Shown here: in pieces, positions 59,607 to 64,000 of the stretch | How positions within the stretch are numbered: the stretch's first letter is position 1 | Layout: the number at the start of each line of letters is the position of its first letter | Assembly: GCA_020184695.1 (NCBI GenBank) | Contig: JAANOX010000205.1 | Location: 868,001-932,000 of the forward strand | Reading direction: 5' to 3' | Length of the DNA stretch: 64,000 bases | Source of the DNA: Histomonas meleagridis 2922-C6/04-290x | Taxonomy: Eukaryota > Protista > Parabasalia | Program-made: the position numbers and the translations under genes | Notes under the pieces: model-generated | The model's database searches: none | Told to the model about the DNA's origin: nothing | Seen by the model: only the letters and a program-made list of their open reading frames with translations

Positions 59607-61463
59607 TCACTGTTTTTCGATATCTTTAGCGTATTGTATTTCGAAATTATAATTTTGCTTTTGCTGCGGCACTCTGTACGGGGCTACTGTTTCCTTATTA
59701 TACGCCATCCACTTCTGTACTTTCAATAACTTCTGTTGGTGCTGTTCTTCTTTTCTTACCTTTGGATCCGCTGCTCCGAATTTTCCATATTTTTCGTACA
59801 CTTCGTCGACTTTATCTTTCACAGCCTCTACATCTTTCTCAGTATACTTTGCAACGCGCGGCCTCCACATTCCTTTCTTGAATCCCTGTCGACTTTCCTT
59901 CAACACTAAAGTGCCGTCGAGTAAGTACACTGAGAATCCGCCCGATGTCGATCCGCCACTTCTACTTGCTGTGAACATTACGAATGCTCCACTTGGGTCC
60001 CATTCCAAAGATTCGATGCCATCGATTTCGAGTGACTTTATAATACCTGCGTTAGGTGACATATCATAAAATTGCACAATAGAACTTCTGTGTTCTATAT
60101 CATGTGCGATTGCAAAACGACCAAATGGTGAATAAACTATTTCGCTACATGCAGCTGTGAACACTGCTAATCGTGTGATACTTGTAGTTATTTCATATAA
60201 ATGAATAAGTTTTCCTTGGCTTGTCTCAATGATGACTGCGATTCGTCGTTCTTTTGGATCCCATGAACAGCTTTGGATAGAGCCGACTTTCTTGATGTCA
60301 AGCATGTTAAATGTTCCGACTTTATTTGGATTTTCTAAGTCAAAGATTGCAAGTGATGATTGCATTGTACCTTTCACTGGTGTATCAATAACTACTGCAC
60401 ATAACGCTTTGTTTGGATGCCAAAATGCTTCGACTTCGGTAGCATTATATGACGCATGAGTATGAACCTGCTTCCCATCTGTAGTGGAATAAAAGGCAAT
60501 ACGTGGAGGTGATGCTTCACGTGAATTACGGAATGTAAAAACAAATGGCGATGAAACACTTGGCGTAAATGTATCAATGTCACTACTTAAAACTTTAGGT
60601 TCTTTAAATGCGGGAGCTGAAAACGTTCGAAGTTCTTTGTTAACAAGTGTTAGAACACATGAGCCATGACCAAATGAAATGTTATTGTAGTCGGCTTTAT
60701 GAAGAGGGAAACGAAAGACGCGTGATGATTTCAATATATCATATATTGATGCACCATGTGGAGAATAGATGTTATCAAGTTCGTTGCCTTGAGGTAAGGC
60801 TTTGCAAAGAAGAAATCGACCACATGGAGAGATTATATAATCTTTGAGATTTTGATATTGAATTGATGAAAAATGAATCCAGTTTTCGCCAGTGTAAAAC
60901 TTAAGAACATCACCAGATTTGCCAATAAGGAAGGAACCATCTGAAGAGAATTTGATGTCATCAAGAGATTGAAGATGATTTGGAAGATCAATTTGTGTGA
61001 GACTAGCATCTTTAGGATTGAACCAACAGGCATGTGGGAGTTTGTTGGTTAGATAAACAATTTGATCATAAAGCCTTTCATCAACAAGATACCATGAAAA
61101 ATGTTGAACTTTGTGTTCACATGGTTGAACCGTAAGTGGCACTGGCTTGTCTGTTCCTTTGAGATATTTTTCAAATGTTTCACAGCTCATAAATCGAACA
61201 CGGGTTTTGGCATCAAAAACTGCATGATCAGCCCCTACAATTAGAGAATGCGCTTGAGAAGGCCCATTTTCTCCTTGACACTTGATAAAAGCAATTCCTG
61301 TAGATTGACCATCTTTTGCAGGAAGTTCAATGTTATCAATTGTAAGTGTTGGAATAAATTTTATAAGAATTTTACTTAAAAAATATTTCTTGAATTTTTC
61401 GAAGTTAGATTCAGTCGTTTTAGGTAGGCCAATACATACAACAATATGGTTAAGTCTGCTCAT
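59607..61463 (-). CDS. EIF3B: Translation initiation factor 3 subunit B (Prt1)
   Basis: N-terminal RRM (IVVCIGLP...FEKFK...DGQSTGIAFI), beta-propeller with FSSDGSFL, WHP, YSPFGRF, WDPSGAF and WRPR. Confidence 0.85.
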   Translation of the reverse strand: MSRLNHIVVCIGLPKTTESNFEKFKKYFLSKILIKFIPTLTIDNIELPAKDGQSTGIAFIKCQGENGPSQAHSLIVGADHAVFDAKTRVRFMSCETFEKYLKGTDKPVPLTVQPCEHKVQHFSWYLVDERLYDQIVYLTNKLPHACWFNPKDASLTQIDLPNHLQSLDDIKFSSDGSFLIGKSGDVLKFYTGENWIHFSSIQYQNLKDYIISPCGRFLLCKALPQGNELDNIYSPHGASIYDILKSSRVFRFPLHKADYNNISFGHGSCVLTLVNKELRTFSAPAFKEPKVLSSDIDTFTPSVSSPFVFTFRNSREASPPRIAFYSTTDGKQVHTHASYNATEVEAFWHPNKALCAVVIDTPVKGTMQSSLAIFDLENPNKVGTFNMLDIKKVGSIQSCSWDPKERRIAVIIETSQGKLIHLYEITTSITRLAVFTAACSEIVYSPFGRFAIAHDIEHRSSIVQFYDMSPNAGIIKSLEIDGIESLEWDPSGAFVMFTASRSGGSTSGGFSVYLLDGTLVLKESRQGFKKGMWRPRVAKYTEKDVEAVKDKVDEVYEKYGKFGAADPKVRKEEQHQQKLLKVQKWMAYNKETVAPYRVPQQKQNYNFEIQYAKDIEKQ

Positions 61464-61638
61464 TGGAATTCCTGAGTGGCCTAAACTTTGAGAATAAACC
61501 GTTGGCCTTGAAAAAAATGGAGCGCCTCGAAAACGTTAATTTGGAAAAGCAGCCGTTTAGTCAAATACGACGATAGGATCCAAATTTATCAGAAATTATT
61601 TGGACGGTTTTACAAAAGCTAAATTAAACAACGAGCAG

Positions 61639-62283
61639 ATGTTTGACGATCCAAAAGGTTATCTCACCATCAAAAAATCATCTTTAATGACTTTTGTGAC
61701 TGGAATCCTTTATGGTGCAAGTCTGATTTGGTCATTTGCCGTATCAATAAAATGGGTTTCTACATCTTTGGGTTATGAAGATGGTATTTGGTACTACGAT
61801 TTTACCTATTACATAATAGCAGCATTATCTTTGGTTTCATTAGAAACTATATTTGCTTTTGTTACCTTACTTCTTTTATGCATTAAAAGTGCCATTTTAA
61901 AGGCTAGAAAGGTTTTAACATGGATAACAGCAGTAATTGGCATAGGGACAATGCTTGCTCACGCATTTGCAATCAAAGCTACACCAATAAGTGAATGCAT
62001 CAGAATTTTAGAAGACATTCGAGGAACCACCTTTGACGTTAATGAATTACTGGGAGGATGTTTTGGGGCTCGCTCTGACAACGCAGGTATTTTGCCATTT
62101 TATCTGCTTTCTCATATCTTAATTCTTTATGTCATCTGTATAAATAATTACTTCGTGCCTGATACCAACGATGATGCCCAACAACTACCCTACGCAGGTC
62201 CTCCTCAGGTGCAACAACCAGATAATATCGCAATGCAAAAATCTGATCAACAATCATACACTCATCAACAAAACTACTACTAA
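61639..62283 (+). CDS. Four-TM membrane protein with Gln/Pro-rich tail
   Basis: Four hydrophobic segments; no tetraspanin CCG motif; first ATG is at 61639. Confidence 0.7.
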   Translation: MFDDPKGYLTIKKSSLMTFVTGILYGASLIWSFAVSIKWVSTSLGYEDGIWYYDFTYYIIAALSLVSLETIFAFVTLLLLCIKSAILKARKVLTWITAVIGIGTMLAHAFAIKATPISECIRILEDIRGTTFDVNELLGGCFGARSDNAGILPFYLLSHILILYVICINNYFVPDTNDDAQQLPYAGPPQVQQPDNIAMQKSDQQSYTHQQNYY

Positions 62284-62386
62284 AATTTTAGTAAACGTTT
62301 TTTCCATAGCTTTTGTGTCTAATAGAAAATATACATTACTTTTTTGTTTCAACAAAATTGATAAATCAATATTCAAATTGATTTAC

Positions 62387-62491
62387 TAAAGTGGTTTCAG
62401 AAAGGTTTCCCACTTCAGTTTTTGAATATAAATCCGATGATTTTTCATTCATTCGGTTCTGTCGTTGGGAAACCTTTCTGCAACCACTTTA
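62387..62491. repeat. Hairpin: 26-bp arms with one mismatch, 53-nt partly self-pairing loop
   Basis: taaagtggtttcagaaaggtttccca (62387-62412) versus tgggaaacctttctgcaaccacttta (62466-62491). Confidence 0.95.
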
Positions 62492-62530
62492 ATTATGAAA
62501 CTAATTAGAGGAATCGTATTTCTAGGGCAT

Positions 62531-62616
62531 AACGGTCGTCTTAAACGGTCCCATCCGTGGTAAAAGCCCGCCGAAAATTGAAAAACCCGCCAATAATATA
62601 ATCCCCGCCAAAATTG
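62531..62616 (-). promoter_or_regulatory. Cluster of two M3-like (ACCGTT) and three regularly spaced GGCGGG motifs
   Basis: aacggt at 62531 and 62544; cccgcc(g/a)a(a/t)aat at 62567, 62586 and 62604, all in AT-rich DNA. Confidence 0.45.
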
Positions 62617-62646
62617 ATATCACAAAACAATAATTTGAATCTCTAA

Positions 62647-63089
62647 TATCATATACAGATAATCTTAAATTACAATGGATTCGTAATCGCGCTATTACTC
62701 TTCAAAATTTAGAGATAGAATATGTTTCACTTATGGGTGCATTTTTACCATTAACTATAACAGAAAGGATAAAACACTTTACAACATTTATTAAATCAAT
62801 ACAACAATGTTTTATATATGTTTAATCATAAATAAAGAACAAGATCCAACAAATTAATTATGATATTCCACCGATTATTGTAGAAGAATATAGTAATGTT
62901 GATGAAATCAAAACTCTTCGTGACGCGGTGCATTTTTTGGTATTCATACAATGGTATTATCATCCATGAAAAAGAATATTACCCTGATGCACAGAGAGAT
63001 CACCCTTTTTTGTACGTTATACCAAAAATAACGTATTTTTTGATCATTTTTCTTCAATATCTCTAAATTACGAAATCATCCAAATGTGA
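62647..63089 (+). pseudogene. Decayed ORF relic, probably mobile-element derived
   Basis: Reads SYTDNLKLQWIRNRAITLQNLEIEYVSL... then DIPPIIVEEYSNVDEIKTLRDAVHFLVFIQWYYHP*KRILP*CTERSPFF; no family identified. Confidence 0.4.
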
Positions 63090-63349
63090 AAATTTAACAA
63101 ACAATTTTCCTCATTATTATGGATAATTTAACTCTGAAAGCTTACCAATTTATTAATATTAATATTTTTTTCTATGTAATAATAATAATTTTTATGTTTC
63201 TCACTTTCTAATGCAAATCAACGCTTTTATTTATTCTAAAAAATATTTATCATCTATAATCCTTTTCTTTGCCAAAGTTTCGGGCAAAAATAAAAAATTT
63301 ATAATTATCAGATATTAAAGGAAGTTAAAACTCAATGGTTTTTTAAAAT

Positions 63350-63700
63350 TATTTTTTGTTATTCTCATCATATACATAAAAGGGTAAAAAGATATAATGA
63401 AATCTATTGGTGCATTCAGTATCATCTATTGCAACATTATCTCTTACATAAGAAAAGTTTTTTATTCTCGAATTTATCACTAATAGACTATCATATTTAT
63501 TATTATTATCATTTTTCCGAATAATGTCATATGCTCCCTTTCATTTTTGTGTATATTGATAAAGATTTTCAATTTCATTCTCAAATAGTTTATTTTTATC
63601 ATTTCTAATAATATTATACAATTGTCCGAGCAAAAAAATTGGTTGCATTAAAGCGGCGAATGGGATTTGTAGGCATTCCAAATCTTGCTTCTTTTTTCAT
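63350..63700 (-). mobile_element. Decayed Mutator-like (MULE) transposase fragment
   Basis: QLYNIIRN...*KGAYDII...VRDNVAIDDTECTNRFHYIFLPFYVYDENN matches the MULE first catalytic Asp block (xxxDxTxxTNxxxxxLxxxxxxDxN); contains a stop and a frameshift. Confidence 0.6.
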
Positions 63701-64000
63701 TCTATCTTTTTTATTTTGAAGTTAAAAGGGGAAACTTGCTTTCTACGAAAAGATTATCGAGACTATGACAATGATAAAGGTTTTCATAATTAATCGAAAA
63801 AATTATATTTTTTTGTATTTTAATTGTAAAAGTCGCAGGACATTAATATAATTCCTTTGTATGAAACCTGCATACGAATTTCATATAATATATATTGACA
63901 TTTTTCTAATATAGATTCGAATCGCTACATGAAAATGGGTAAATATTTTTTATTGATTTATCTTTTTATTGTTATCTTTGTATCATTAAATTCAGTGATG

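Noticed and set aside
62413-62465. Box C/D snoRNA inside the hairpin
   Set aside because: A CTGA lies next to the stem on the minus strand, but there is no correctly placed RUGAUGA C box on either strand
1-64000. Alternative nuclear genetic code
   Set aside because: TAA, TAG and TGA all terminate intact conserved genes (for example TGA at 328, TAG at 36429); in-frame stops occur only in decayed relics
1-64000. tRNA, rRNA or spliceosomal snRNA genes
   Set aside because: No T-loop/cloverleaf or conserved rRNA/snRNA segments were recognised by eye; tRNAscan-SE and Infernal would be needed to exclude them fully

Overview
AT-rich, gene-dense, essentially intronless eukaryotic DNA. It is most likely from a parabasalid (trichomonad relative), based on an initiator-binding-domain (IBD) family gene, expanded ARM/HEAT, Sel1, RasGEF/RasGAP and NIF genes, very short intergenic gaps and M3-like promoter motifs. 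The species cannot be determined from the sequence. About 31 intact protein genes are supported, including INTS11-like, myotubularin, DBP7, Spt20, Rad21/Rec8, Nup62, Mer3, SAS6-like, eIF3b, a PMT-like glycosyltransferase, and bacterial-type Fe-ADH and 5'-nucleotidase genes. Structure missed by the ORF track includes a perfect 46-bp inverted repeat (46874-47064) and a 26-bp-stem hairpin with a promoter-like motif array pointing into it (62387-62616). There are also a decayed Mutator (MULE) transposase relic, a tandem pseudogene copy of the NAPE-PLD-like gene, a truncated bacterial-type aldo-keto reductase, a candidate short spliceosomal intron and a 37-bp minisatellite. All family assignments come from motif recognition by eye; no database searches were run. 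Where the ORF track starts at TTG/GTG in intact genes, coordinates were moved to the first plausible ATG.
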